A stretch of 62,978 nucleotides of DNA, the filler included, from Welwitschia mirabilis (Eukaryota): the NCBI GenBank assembly GCA_051453625.1. It is 7 parts of one record of this genome, joined end to end, with 100 filler letters (N's around TTAATTAATTAA, not from the genome) between each part and the next. Parts side by side here need not be neighbours in the genome. Positions count along the whole stretch, not along the records: positions 30,098 to 43,361 come from JBOZIK010000001.1; positions 43,462 to 47,226 come from JBOZIK010000001.1; positions 47,327 to 53,931 come from JBOZIK010000001.1; 4 more parts are not named here. One strand, given 5' to 3'. Below, in pieces: positions 36,935 to 50,649 of this stretch. The position numbers and the translations under genes were made by a program. Position 1 is the first letter of the stretch; each line of letters starts with the position of its first letter. The notes beneath the pieces are model-generated. The model was not told where the DNA came from. It saw nothing but the letters and a program-made list of their open reading frames with translations, and searched no databases.

Positions 36935-39900
36935 TAAAGATTGACCCTAGAGGGGATTGAATAGCTTATAATAAAAATATTCATTCACTTTGAAGACCTA
37001 CAACTAAAATTCAAATACACCACCGAAAATCACAAAATATTTTAATGGTGGATAGACACCAGCCTTTAGATCTTAGACCACCTATCTCTAGCTTGCATAG
37101 ATTAACCTTAAAGGATGGTTTTTAGGCTCACCATAAATCTATACATTTACCAAAGGATTTTGGGGTTAATCCACAATCATGAAAGAAAGTATATAAGAAA
37201 AGTGCACAAATGCATAGTTATGCTTCCTAGGAATAAGAGGCACAACAAGCTCTTACAAGCGAAGATACGAAGAAAAGCTCTTAAAAGAAATCTAAACTCA
37301 CAGTCGTTCAAGTATAGAATGATTAATGTAATAGTTTAATATCAAAAGAAGTAATCTTTACTTTAGAAAGGAAGGTACTTAAATAGAGTATCCAAATGAG
37401 TTAGTCGTTTGAAGATGAAAAGTGAATCATTGCCATGGATTCTACACTTTTTGATGAACTACTAAAGTATAACAGTTATATTTATAATATGTTGGGTTAA
37501 CCTTACAATAAACTCGGTTGCCCTAGTATTTAATTGCCCTTATCTATTTTGTTTAGTCATCCATCTTTGATTTAAATCTGTCAGTCTGTTGTATAGAAAT
37601 ATTTAGTCCCCCTTTAATAAACATGGGGTTGACCTTATTTAGATTGTCCTAACTTAAAATATCAGTCGATCTCTTTATAATATTTCTAGGCAGTATGCAG
37701 TTGCCCTTAATTAAATACTCAGTTGCCCTTACTGTTAGTAGATTAAAATTTTTAGAATATAGTTCGGTCATCCTTGAGCATATAATCGGTCATCCTCTTT
37801 TGTCTCAGTCTATAACAGATTTGAAAGTTGGTCACCTTATGCAATATGCATGGTCACTCATGCTGGAACCGGTCTTCATCTAATTAATAGTTTAGTCACC
37901 CTAACTTAGAATCTTGATCATCTAATATTAAAGCAGATTTAGCTTACTAATAATCTGTTCGCCCTTTGAATTTCATGCAGTCGCCTACTTGTTTTTTAGT
38001 ATAAGTTCATATGATATGTCAGTCACCAAAATTTATATAGTCTTTGCCTAGTGCTAGAAAATATTTGCATAATAACTACCTTTATAAAAACTTATTTAAT
38101 TTGATCAATGACAATAGGTTTTTAATAAACTCCTCCTTTGTCATTGATTGAGAAAAAACACTATTTTAAAATGCAGGCCCCCCTTAATCAAATAAATTTG
38201 TAATCAAGTTAAATTAACATGAGTTTTGCAGGTAANNNNNNNNNNNNNNNNNNNNNNNNNNNNNNNNNNNNNNNNNNNNNNNNNNNNNNNNNNNNNNNNN
38301 NNNNNNNNNNNNNNNNNNNNNNNNNNNNNNNNNNNCGATCATCCTCTTTTGTCTCAGTCTATAATAGATTTGAAAGTTGGTCGCCTTATGCAATATGCAT
38401 GGTCACTCATGCTGTAACCGGTCTTGATCTAATTAATAGTTCAATCGCCCTGACTTGGAATCTTGATCATCTAATATTGAAGCAGATTTAGCTTACTAAT
38501 AATCTGTTTGCCCTTTAAATTTCATGCAGTCACCTACTTGTTTTTCAGTATAAGTTCATATGATACATCGGTCACCAAAATTTATATAGTATTTGCCTAG
38601 TGCTAGAAAATCTTTGCATAATAACTAACTCCATAAAAACTTGTTTAATTTGATCAATGACAATAGGTTTTCAATAAACTCCCCCTTTGTCATTGATTGA
38701 GGAAAAATACTATTTTAAAATGCGGGCCCTCCTTAATCAAATAAATTTGTAATCAAGTTAAATTGACATGAGTTTTATAGGTAAAAAAAAATAGTTTATA
38801 CAAGAGGAATTTTTATTAGTAAAAAAACATTTTGTATTAATTAAAAGATTTGAATTTTAAGATGACATTGATGATCATAAAAGTACATATAACAAAAATA
38901 CAATGTGTTCTTCCCCTTTTTGATGAAATTAAAGAGAAGGAGTACAATGAAAAAGAGAGAAGTAAAAGACTCAATCAGACTTGAATGCTTCAGAAGACTA
39001 GGTACCCTTTCTTTGAGAAGTATCAGCAACTAGAGTACCACTAGCAATAAGAGTAGCCTTGATATGCCGAGTGCAAGAATTAAGTTGATGCAAAAGATAA
39101 AGAATTTCTGGAGTATGAGAGGCCTTAATCTTGAGCTTAGAAGGAGCAGCAAGTTTCTCAAAGATGTACATCTTAGAAAGTGTGGTATGGTTAATGGACT
39201 CCCTAGGCTTCTAAATATCTTACTAAGTAAGATGAGGAATGTCAAAGTGCTGATAAATCCGTGTAATAAGAAAAGGATATAGTAAAAAGTGCCTCTTATG
39301 AGGATGAAGCTAATTTGCCATGTGCTTTAGCATAATGCCAGGAGAATTAATGTTACATCTCTGATCTAATGAGTAGAGAAGAAAGGCCTAGTAGTTAGAG
39401 AGTTTATCTCTATTCTTGGTAATAAAAAGGAAATTGTAGGACAAAATTAACTACAAAAGATGAAACCTAGAAAGAAGTTATGAGGCTTTGAGGGTCTTTC
39501 TCTAAGTAAGAGCAGTGCCACATACATGCTAAGTGGAAATGTACTTTTCTTCAAAGGACTTAACCATGGGCTAATACTCTTCCATGTTTTCTCGAGGTAG
39601 CCCAATAAGGAAAGCTATCAAATCAGTAGTTATGTGCATCTCATGGCCAAAAATAAAGGTAATAAAAGTGTAGTGGATAGCATCAAATCTAGCATTTAAA
39701 TAGAATAAGCGAGTGATTAATGGATAACACGTGCCTAAGACATGGAGGAAGTAACTCTAGTTCACTTTCTTAAGAAGAGTCTATACCTTCCTCAAATTAA
39801 GAAATTGCATAGGTTCGCAGGTCCTCTCCAATGCAATGGGGCTGGACTCAAAATTATTTCAAAATACTTGATTTGTTCTAAACTCATTCTTAAAAAGATA

Positions 39901-42900
39901 TAGCTAGGAGGTTTGATAGTAGACTTCTTTCTTCTCTTTCTAAAACCCTTTCCTTACTGTTGAAAAGTCATTTGAAGACTATATCTGAAGAAAAAATGTG
40001 ATAAAGGAAAAGAGTGAGCCACAAGAGCTGAGAAAAATGACAAGAGAGGAAAAAGATAAGTAAGTATTTGACAAGAGGTGGCCAAATTTAAAAATCCACG
40101 ATGCATCACCTTAAATGCGGGTGATCGATTGACAAGGTCGATTGATCCATGTAAAAATTTTTAAAATTTAAACTGTAAGGCAGTGATCAATTATAAATTA
40201 TGAGTGGTCAACCCTACAAGAGAAAGATTTTATAAAAAAAACTAAGTCAAGGTCGGTTAACCTGAAAATAAGTGATTGACCTAATATAACCAAAAATGGA
40301 TCTTAATGAGGTTGATCTTAGAATAAAGGCAGTTGATCCATTAATGAGAAGATACAGTAGTAAATACTAAGATGAATCCAGTCAACTCAANNNNNNNNNN
40401 NNNNNNNNNNNNNNNNNNNNNNNNNNNNNNNNNAAAAACTAAAAGACAAACAATCATCCCACTTTACTAAGGAGGTCGACCAGGGTTTAACTTGATATAA
40501 CAAAGAAAGTTTTAAGCCCACCAACTGAACTCTACTATTTAGTTGAGGCTGGGTTTTATAGATCTTTTTGAGACATAATACCTAGAAAGTAATGAAGTGT
40601 ATTAAAGTGATTAGATGATAAAGGTTTTGTAAAAATATTGGCCAATTGATCTTGAGTACAAATATATTCTATTGTAATAAATTTCTTTTCTACCAAGTCT
40701 TGGATAAAGTAATACCTAAGATCGATGTGCTTGGTGCAAGTTTATTGAAATCAGTTATGAGTGATTTTAAGGGCACTTGAGTTGTTGCATAAAATAGAAA
40801 CTTCTGTGATGTCTAAGCCATAGTCTTTTAAATTTTCTTTCATCCATAGCATGTGAGTGCAATAAACTCTAGTAGCTATGTATTTATCTTTAGTTATGAA
40901 GAGAGATATGAAGCATTTTTTCTTGCTGTATCAAGTTGTGAGGTAATTTTCAAAGAAAAACATCCATCACTTGTGCTCTTTCAATCATCTTTATAGTCTG
41001 TCAGTTTGCATCACTATAACTTATCAAGCTTAAAGAAGTATTACTTGAATATCATAAACCAAAATTAAGAGTACCTTTTACATAGTGAAGTATTCTCTTT
41101 ACAACAATAAGATAAGATTCCTTTGGTTTACTTTGAAACCTAGCACAAAAATCAACACTAAATGTTATGTCAGAATAACTAGCTATTAGATACAAGAGAC
41201 TTCCAATAATGCTACAATATAAATTTTGGTCCACATCCTTGACTTTTTCATCAAGAGAAAGTTTAAAATTTGTGACCATTAGAGAGTTCATACACTTGAC
41301 ATTTTCAAGTCTAAATTATTTGATTAGATCTGAAGAGTATTTCTTCTAACTTATGAAGATAACATTTTCATATCATTATAGGTATAAAAACATGTCAACT
41401 AGTTCAATCATACTCATTTCAAAGTCAGAAATCATCAAATTTACAAAACCATTTGGTAATTTTTCATTAGTTGATCCAAAAATAATGTCATCCATATATA
41501 TTTGAATCAAAATTAAATCATCGTTTAATAATTTTCTAAATAAAGTTATGTCAATGGAGCCTCTAGTAAAACCATGCTAAAGTAAAAAAGAAAAAATCTT
41601 TTCATACCATGCTTTGGGAGCTTGTTTTAACCCATGCAAAGCCTTGTTAATTTTGTACACATAATTTGGTTTATAAGAATCAGCAAAGCCTTGTGGTTAT
41701 TTTAGAAAAAATTCTTCCTTAATGTGTTAATTTAGAAAGGTACTTTTTACATCCATTTAAAAAACTTTGATTTTTTTTATAGTAGGCAAAACCTAGAAAC
41801 ATTCTTATAGACTCTAATCTAGCAATAGGAGTAAATGTATCATCATAATCTACTTTTTCTATTTGAAAGTACTCTTAAGTCATAAGTCTAGCTTTGTTCT
41901 TGGTAATCTCATTCTTTTCATTTACTTTATTTTTAAAAATACATTTTATGCCTATAAGATTTTTCCTAGCTAGTTTAGAAACAAAAGACCATACATTATT
42001 TTGGAAGTATTATTNNNNNNNNNNNNNNNNNNNNNNNNNNNNNNNNNNNNNNNNNNNNNNNNNNNNNNNNNNNNNNNNNNNNNNNNNNNNNNNNNNNNNN
42101 NNNNNNNNNNNNNNNNNNNNNNNNNNNNNNNNNNNNNNNNNNNNNNNNNNNNNNNNNNNNNNNNNNNNNNNNNNNNNNNNNNNNNNNNNNNNNNNNNNNN
42201 NNNNNNNNNNNNNNNNNNNNNNNNNNNNNNNNNNNNNNNNNNNNNNNNNNNNNNNNNNNNNNNNNNNNNNNNNNNNNNNNNNNNNNNNNNNNNNNNNNNN
42301 NNNNNNNNNNNNNNNNNNNNNNNNNNNNNNNNNNNNNNNNNNNNNNNNNNNNNNNNNNNNNNNNNNTTACTTTATTTTTAAAAATACATTTTATGCCTAT
42401 AAGATTTTTCCTAGCTAGTTTAGAAACAAAAGACCATACTTGATTTTGGAAGAATTATTCAAGTTCTTATTGCATTACATTCATCCAATAAGAATCAGAT
42501 TTAGCATCCTCAAAGGTTTTTGGTTCCACCTAAGATAATAGAGAAATACGAGAACTAAAATTTTTAAGAGAGTTCCTAGTAACAGTACCTTATTGAACAN
42601 NNNNNNNNNNNNNNNNNNNNNNNNNNNNNNNNNNNNNNNNNNNNNNNNNNNNNNNNNNNNNNNNNNNNNNNNNNNNNNNNNNNNNNNNNNNNNNNNNNNA
42701 TTTTTAAGAGATTTCCTATTAACAGTACCTTATTGAACATTTCCAATAATTAAGTCCAAAGGATGATCCCTGAGTTATTTAATTTTTGGTATTATCTTCT
42801 TTCTTGAATCATTTCTGTTATGGTAGAAAGAAGAAGGAACTAAAGCTTCACTAGGTTCAAAGGATTTTGAGGTATTAGGTACATCATAAATTTTCACATT

Positions 42901-43360
42901 TATAAATTCTTTCATATGAAGAGTGCATTTGTTAAACACTCTATAAGATCTACTCAATTGAGGATACCCTANNNNNNNNNNNNNNNNNNNNNNNNNNNNN
43001 NNNNNNNNNNNNNNNNNNNNNNNNNNNNNNNNNNNNNNNNNNNNNNNNNNNNNNNNNNNNNNNNNNNNNNNAGTGCATTTGTTAAATACTTTATAAGCTC
43101 TACTCAATTGAGGATACCCTAAGAAAATTCTTTCATTAGATTTAGAACCAAATTTATCCAAATCCTCTCTATCTCTTATGATAAAGTCCTTACTTCCAAA
43201 GTTTTTGAAATAAGATATATATTTGGCTTCTTTCCTTTCTAGAGTTTGTAAGGAGTTTTAGAAGTTTTAGGTCTTAAATAAACACTGTTTAAAATATGAC
43301 ATGCTATGCTCACTGCTTCAGCCTAAAATCTTTTTGGAATATCTTTGTCATTTAACATAA
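36935..43360 (-). mobile_element. 3' two-thirds of a Sirevirus-type element: integrase, RT, RNase H (~40560-43360), env-like ORF (~39000-39970), multiple PPTs and 3' LTR (~36935-38675, partly duplicated)
   Basis: DKFGSKSNERIFLGY..SRAYKVFNK; ALHGLKQAPKAWYE; LIQIYMDDIIFGSTN; IIGSLLYL..DITFSV..CARFQ.KPKES; TKHIDLRYYFI.DLV; DQLANIFTKPL; CYPLITRLFYLN in the env-like ORF; PPT copies at ~38128/38678, ~38177 and ~38910. Confidence 0.9.
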
Positions 43361-43461
43361 CNNNNNNNNNNNNNNNNNNNNNNNNNNNNNNNNNNNNNNN
43401 NNNNNTTAATTAATTAANNNNNNNNNNNNNNNNNNNNNNNNNNNNNNNNNNNNNNNNNNNN

Positions 43462-46068
43462 TGAGAAAAAGGAAAAAAGTGGTAATAAACTTTCAACAAA
43501 AACCAAATGAAGATTATACCTTTACTTATGAACGTTTCTTCATAGCAATCCGTTCTAATCCAGTTAATGCTTTTCCAAAAAACAAAACAAGTAGACTGTT
43601 TTTATAGTGGATTAGCTCCCCATACAAAACAACTTGTAGATTTCTCTTATGATGGAAGCCTCATGAACCTTACTCTAGATAATGCCTAGACAAAATTNNN
43701 NNNNNNNGAAGAGCTTGTGGAGGTTAGCCAAACTTGGTTAACTCCTAAATAAAATCCAATTGTAGGCCAACTCATCGAATATTTAACAAAGATTAAACAA
43801 CAAAAAAAGGTGCAATCAAATCCTAAAAATTCCATGAAAGATTTTACAACAACCTTGGAGAAGTATGCAGAAATGATCTTAAATGCCAAATCCATAATTG
43901 AGAAAAATGTTATGCAAACTTGTGATTTATGTAAAGATAATTATCATGTCACTAAAAACTATCCTCTTTTGCCAACATCCAAAGAAAGAATATGTGAATA
44001 AGTTTATGCTTTTAACCAACAACCTCAAAACTTCAGAAATCAAAATCAACAACAACANNNNNNNNNNNNNNNNNNNNNNNNNNNNNNNNNNNNNNNNNNN
44101 NNNNNNNNNNNNNNNNNNNNNNNNNNNNNNNNNNNNNNNNNNNNNNNNNNNNNNNNNGAAGTTTATACTTTCAACCAACAACCTCAAAACTTCAGAAATC
44201 AAAATCAACAACAACATAGATTGAATACTCATTTCCAAAATAATTCTCAACCTTTTAGAAACTAATTTGAAAATGCAAACAATCCACTAAGTTCATCCAA
44301 CTACCAACATCTAAATGATCCAATCACAAATCTTGTCAATGAAATAAGAAGATCATTAGAAAAAATAAATGCCAAATTTGAGAAACAAAATGCCAACATG
44401 GAAAACATAGTAAACATCCTTTAATAAATATTTCTAGCAAACTAAAGACCTTAAGGAACATTAGCTACATAACCTTTACCAAATCCAAATGAAGTAAGTA
44501 AAGATTATAAGTTGTGACAAGAAGCGAACAAGAAACAATCCCTTATCCATGTGAACCATCCACCTCAAAAAATAACCTTAGAAATGATAAAGAAGAAGAG
44601 GAAGAGGACATTGAGATATTAGACAATTACNNNNNNNNNNCCTTCTCTTGGCAACAAGAGAAAAAAAATCCTTCACAATAAATCACCCTTTGGCTTAATA
44701 GGGATAACAACAATTCAACTTTCAATGATCATTTAAAAGCCTTGATGAAAAATGTGAGCATAAACTTATCCTTTTGAAAAGTTTTACAAGTAAGCCTAGG
44801 GTACTCAAAATTATGGAAAGACCTAATAAGAAGAAAATAAAAATAAGTTATACCTAGTAAGGTCTTTCTTGCTCAATTCCTCACAAATATAATATTACAA
44901 AAATCATCCAAATTTAAANNNNNNNNNNNNNNNNNNNNNNNNNNNNNNNNNNNNNNNNNNNNNNNNNNNNNNNNNNNNNNNNNNNNNNNNNNNNNNNNNN
45001 NNNNNNNNNNNNNNNNNNTGAGAAACAAAATGCCAACATGGAAAACATAGTAAAAATCCTTTAATAAATATTTCTAGCAAATCAAAGACCTTAAGGAACA
45101 TTAGCTACATAACCTTTACCAAATCCAAATGAACTAAGTAAAGATTATAAGTTGTAACAAGAAGTGGACAAGAAACAAGCCCTTATCTATGTGAACCATC
45201 CAACTCCCAAAATAACCTTAGAAATGATGAAGAAAAAGAGGAAGAGGACATTGAGATATTAGACAATTACANNNNNNNNNNCTTCATAATAAATCACTCT
45301 TTGGCTTAATAGGGACAACAACAATTCAACTTTCAATGATCATTTAAAAGCCTTGATGAAAAATGTGAGCACAAACTTATCCTTTTGAAAAGTTTTACAA
45401 TAAGCCTAGGGTACTCAAAATTATAGAAAGACCTAATAAGAAGAAAATAAAAATAAGTTATACCTAGTAAGGTCTTTCTTGCTTAATTCCTCACAAATAT
45501 AATATTACAAAAATCATTCAAATTTAAAGATCTAAGAGCAGCGATGGTGAATGTTATTATAGAGGGAAACAAAAAGATTAGAAAAGCTTTAATAGACATT
45601 GAAGCGAGTATTAACATTATGCCACTTCACATTTGTAAGAGACTTGATTTAGAGGATAGAATAGAGCCTACTACAGTTGTTTTAGAATTAGCGAATACAT
45701 CAGTTAAGAAACTATTAGGTGTTATTAAAGATTTGGAAATTCAAATTGAAGAGGCTTGCTACCCCATAGATTTGATCATCACAGAAGTTGAGCATAACAA
45801 AGGATACCTTTTACTTCTAGGTCACTTTAGAAATAGAAAATTTTCAATTAGAGTTTTTAATATGGCTGAGAAAGATTTGGGTGATGATGAAATAAATATT
45901 AAAATAAATATCAAACCAAATTTATTCCTATAACATCACCCACTAGAAGAAAGAGAGATAAAATTAAATGAGCATGTGCTTTGTGATGACCAAATTAAGA
46001 ATAAAAAAGAAATGAAACCTTTATAGTGTAAGGAAGTCCAACTTTTAAAAAAAGATTATGTGGGAGAT
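43462..46068 (+). mobile_element. Athila-like Ty3/gypsy gag and aspartic protease fragment
   Basis: FYSGLAP..KQLVD.S.DGSLM; CDLCKDNYHVT; KALIDIEASINIMP..PTTVVLELAN.SVK..LGVIKDL..YPID. 44379-44918 is duplicated at 45019-45525. Confidence 0.85.
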
Positions 46069-47620
46069 NNNNNNNNNNNNNNNNNNNNNNNNNNNNNNNN
46101 NNNNNNNNNNNNNNNNNNNNNNNNNNNNNNNNNNNNNNNNNNNNNNNNNNNNNNNNNNNNNNNNNNNNNNNNNNNNNNNNNNNNNNNNNNNNNNNNNNNN
46201 NNNNNNNNNNNNNNNNNNNNNNNNNNNNNNNNNNNNNNNNNNNNNNNNNNNNNNNNNNNNNNNNNNNNNNNNNNNNNNNNNNNNNNNNNNNNNNNNNNNN
46301 NNNNNNNNNNNNNNNNNNNNNNNNNNNNNNNNNNNNNNNNNNNNNNNNNNNNNNNNNNNNNNNNNNNNNNNNNNNNNNNNNNNNNNNNNNNNNNNNNNNN
46401 NNNNNNNNNNNNNNNNNNNNNNNNNNNNNNNNNNNNNNNNNNNNNNNNNNNNNNNNNNNNNNNNNNNNNNNNNNNNNNNNNNNNNNNNNNNNNNNNNNNN
46501 NNNNNNNNNNNNNNNNNNNNNNNNNNNNNNNNNNNNNNNNNNNNNNNNNNNNNNNNNNNNNNNNNNNNNNNNNNNNNNNNNNNNNNNNNNNNNNNNNNNN
46601 NNNNNNNNNNNNNNNNNNNNNNNNNNNNNNNNNNNNNNNNNNNNNNNNNNNNNNNNNNNNNNNNNNNNNNNNNNNNNNNNNNNNNNNNNNNNNNNNNNNN
46701 NNNNNNNNNNNNNNNNNNNNNNNNNNNNNNNNNNNNNNNNNNNNNNNNNNNNNNNNNNNNNNNNNNNNNNNNNNNNNNNNNNNNNNNNNNNNNNNNNNNN
46801 NNNNNNNNNNNNNNNNNNNNNNNNNNNNNNNNNNNNNNNNNNAACTTTTTCCTTTGGAGGATTATTATGATGTTACTTGATTATTTTTTAAACTTTACTT
46901 ATGTATTTATTTTCATAATTAGTCTCTTGACTTGGGCATTTTAGTGGTAAGATTGAATTCATCCAATCTTAGAACATTCACATGTCCATGAACTTTAGTT
47001 TAAAAAAAGATGCTTTATTTTTTAAGTTTTTTTCAATGAAGAAAAGATCTTAGATTATTTAAGAGTGTTCTTTTTTGCCTTAATCTTACAACTTCCAGCT
47101 TTATCTTTTGGAGTGTTTGGTCATGTGGAATGTTGTTTTGTTTTATTAAAAAAAAAGAAAAAAAAAGGAAAGGAAAAAAGGAGAGAGAGAGAGAAATAAA
47201 AACCATGATGTTTTTTATTTGTGTTGNNNNNNNNNNNNNNNNNNNNNNNNNNNNNNNNNNNNNNNNNNNNTTAATTAATTAANNNNNNNNNNNNNNNNNN
47301 NNNNNNNNNNNNNNNNNNNNNNNNNNTGATTTTTGATTGGATCTGGATTTGAGCAACATAATTATGCCTCAGATCGGTATTTTCTTAATATTTTCATTTG
47401 TTTTTTATTTTGCAATAGAAGCATTACTGCAAATAACTGAATTATATAATGGAGGCATCTTCAATTTGAAATCACTATTTGAAGAATACAAAAGCATATT
47501 AGTGGCTCTGTATCTCCTACTTGTTTTTGTCTCTATAGAGTCCCTTTACTGTCATAGAATTAAGTTTCCTTATCTATTCTAGAGCAAGGAATTCTTTACT
47601 GCTGTAGAAGGAGCTTGAGT

Positions 47621-47719
47621 AGGGCAGATGATGAGTATGATGATCTCTTTAAGATTACTCTTATTAGCAATTCTGGCATCGGCAAGTCAAATTTGCTATC
47701 ATAGTTCACCCAAAATGAG
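47621..47719 (+). pseudogene. RABA: Isolated fragment of a RabA/Rab11 small GTPase gene (N-terminus and P-loop)
   Basis: Translates [32 protein letters not shown], versus plant RabA1 [32 protein letters not shown]; no ATG, internal stop, similarity ends abruptly. Confidence 0.9.
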
Positions 47720-49489
47720 TGCTGCTCTCAGATGTGCATCCATAGGGAGTGGTGGTGCTTGCAGTAGCTATAATAGTGATAGAGCAACAAAGATGAAGCA
47801 ACAGATAATTATCATTCTGAAACAAAACTATGTAACAGTAGCTCGCTATTCTCGTGCATAGAGAAATTGGCATGGAGGGCACAAGAGTAATAAGGGTGAA
47901 GCCTAAAAGAAAGCACTTTATTAGAGATAGTCAGTGCTGGGCATTCAAAAGTTTAATAAAGGAAAAAAAACATTTTTCTGATAAAAACACTAGATAATAT
48001 GCACATAAAAATAGAAACTAAGAAAGAAATATAGCTANNNNNNNNNNNNNNNNNNNNNNNNNNNNNNNNNNNNNNNNNNNNNNNNNNNNNNNNNNNNNNN
48101 NNNNNNNNNNNNNNNNNNNNNNNNNNNNNNNNNNNNNNNNNNNNNNNNNNNNNNNNNNNNNNNNNNNNNNNNNNNNNNNNNNNNNNNNNNNNNNNNNNNN
48201 NNNNNNNNNNNNNNNNNNNNNNNNNNNNNNNNNNNNNNNNNNNNNNNNNNNNNNNNNNNNNNNNNNNNNNNNNNNNNNNNNNNNNNNNNNNNNNNNNNNN
48301 NNNNNNNNNNNNNNNNNNNNNNNNNNNNNNNNNNNNNNNNNNNNNNNNNNNNNNNNNNNNNNNNNNNNNNNNNNNNNNNNNNNNNNNNNNNNNNNNNNNN
48401 NNNNNNNNNNNNNNNNNNNNNNNNNNNNNNNNNNNNNNNNNNNNNNNNNNNNNNNNNNNNNNNNNNNNNNNNNNNNNNNNNNNNNNNNNNNNNNNNNNNN
48501 NNNNNNNNNNNNNNNNNNNNNNNNNNNNNNNNNNNNNNNNNNNNNNNNNNNNNNNNNNNNNNNNNNNNNNNNNNNNNNNNNNNNNNNNNNNNNNNNNNNN
48601 NNNNNNNNNNNNNNNNNNNNNNNNNNNNNNNNNNNNNNNNNNNNNNNNNNNNNNNNNNNNNNNNNNNNNNNNNNNNNNNNNNNNNNNNNNNNNNNNNNNN
48701 NNNNNNNNNNNNNNNNNNNNNNNNNNNNNNNNNNNNNNNNNNNNNNNNNNNNNNNNNNNNNNNNNNNNNNNNNNNNNNNNNNNNNNNNNNNNNNNNNNNN
48801 NNNNNNNNNNNNNNNNNNNNNNNNNNNNNNNNNNNNNNNNNNNNNNNNNNNNNNNNNNNNNNNNNNNNNNNNNNNNNNNNNNNNNNNNNNNNNNNNNNNN
48901 NNNNNNNNNNNNNNNNNNNNNNNNNNNNNNNNNNNNNNNNNNNNNNNNNNNNNNNNNNNNNNNNNNNNNNNNNNNNNNNTTCTGTCGCATTGACAAGCAT
49001 TTGACATTCTATCTAAAGTTAAAGATTTAAAGCTAATGTTCTACATACTTTAACTAATAACATTTTCTTACAATTGATTTTAGAAAAGCATTAGATTTTA
49101 TTAGTGGATGCTCAATTTGTTGTGTGATTAATTGTATCATTATTTACATCTCATTTGGAAGATTATCCTATTCTATACAAGTCTTTCATCCTCATCTAAG
49201 CTTATTTCTATCTACTTTACATTGGTTTCTTTCCTGATAATAGAAAAACCATATCCCNNNNNNNNNNNNNNNNNNNNNNNNNNNNNNNNNNNNNNNNNNN
49301 NNNNNNNNNNNNNNNNNNNNNNNNNNNNNNNNNNNNNNNNNNNNNNNNNNNNNNNNNNNNNNNNNNNNNNNNNNNNNTTTGTTTTTAATTATCTTATTGG
49401 CCATGAGGGTTGTCTTTAGGAAACTTGGGTCATTTATCATGTAAATAGTATAGATGTAATTTATCATGTAATTGGTGCATAAATCTTTT

Positions 49490-49751
49490 TTTTTTAATCG
49501 CCTCAAAAGGATTTTAAGGCGTTTATCTAAGAAAACACCTCAGAAGTACATTTCAATAATTTTAAGGCGTTTATTTCACAAATATACCTTAAAAGACATT
49601 TTTAAGGCATTTGTATTCAAACGCCTTAGGCTTTTAAGGTGACCCCTTTTAAAGAGTTTTGCAAACAAATGCCTTAAAAGCATTTAAGGCATTTTTTATG
49701 GCTTTTTAAGACATTTTAGAAACACCTTAAAAGCCTATATTTCTTGTAGTG
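49490..49751. mobile_element. CACTA (En/Spm) transposon terminus with subterminal repeats
   Basis: Ends ATTTCTTGTAGTG (rev-comp CACTACAAGAAAT), preceded by about 10 direct/inverted TTTTAAGGCGTTT / AAACGCCTTAAAA-like motifs. Confidence 0.92.
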
Positions 49752-50649
49752 TAATGATAGAAGAGTTCATTTTTGAGTAAATCTTTGGTCTGATCATTCA
49801 TTGTTTAATGCATTTTACTCTAGCATCATCATAATCACTACCTTATCGAATGGAATTTTTGTACATAAAGTCATGCATTTTCCATATTAAGTGATGTTAT
49901 GATTTCTTTCATGAGATTCTGCTAGGTTAAAATATCAGATCAATGAGCTATGTTTGTTTATGTTATCTTATGCCCATTCTTCTTATTTTCTTTTGTGATC
50001 TGGTTAGTTATTTTAAAATTGTTACCATATTTTTTAGCATGTTTTCCTTATTCAAGTTTTCAATAAAAGATAATTTCTTAGATGAGTGTTTTCCCAATAA
50101 ATTTGTGCTATTTATTTTTCATATTCTTTTTGGTGTTGTAAGCACTACTCATGTTCTTTCTATGACAAAACATTTTTATTATTCACTCTTTTTTTTTATT
50201 TGTCATAATATTTTATAAATCTATATTTTTCAAATTCNNNNNNNNNNACTTGCCTTCTCACTCCTATTTACTTTCTTTGATTTATCTTTCAATACGGGAT
50301 GTGTTGCTTTTTCTTTGGGGGATTAGAGACCCATTTTCATGGCTCATTTTCAAAAAAAGATTAACATAATTCAGATATTTTATAACATAAAATTTTCAAA
50401 TTTTCATACACATTATGCATTACTTGTTATATATCTATGTGATGTGTTTTATGAGCCTTTTTTATAATTCCAGATTTATCCTTTGAAAAACAAATTAGAT
50501 CGCAATTATGGTTTTTCGTCTGGTTTNNNNNNNNNNNNNNNNNNNNNNNNNNNNNNNNNNNNNNNNNNNNNNNNNNNNNNNNNNNNNNNNNNNNNNNNNN
50601 NNNNNNNNNNNNNNNNNNNNNNNNNNGTTTTTGTCAGCAATTGATAAAG

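Noticed and set aside
47628-47861. 77-aa ORF resembling a secreted Cys-containing peptide ([21 protein letters not shown]...)
   Set aside because: Its apparent signal peptide is the shifted reading of the RabA fragment; no independent support
49490-49740. Spaced TTAAGGC repeats as a CRISPR-like array
   Set aside because: Short, in both orientations and irregularly spaced; fully explained as CACTA subterminal repeats
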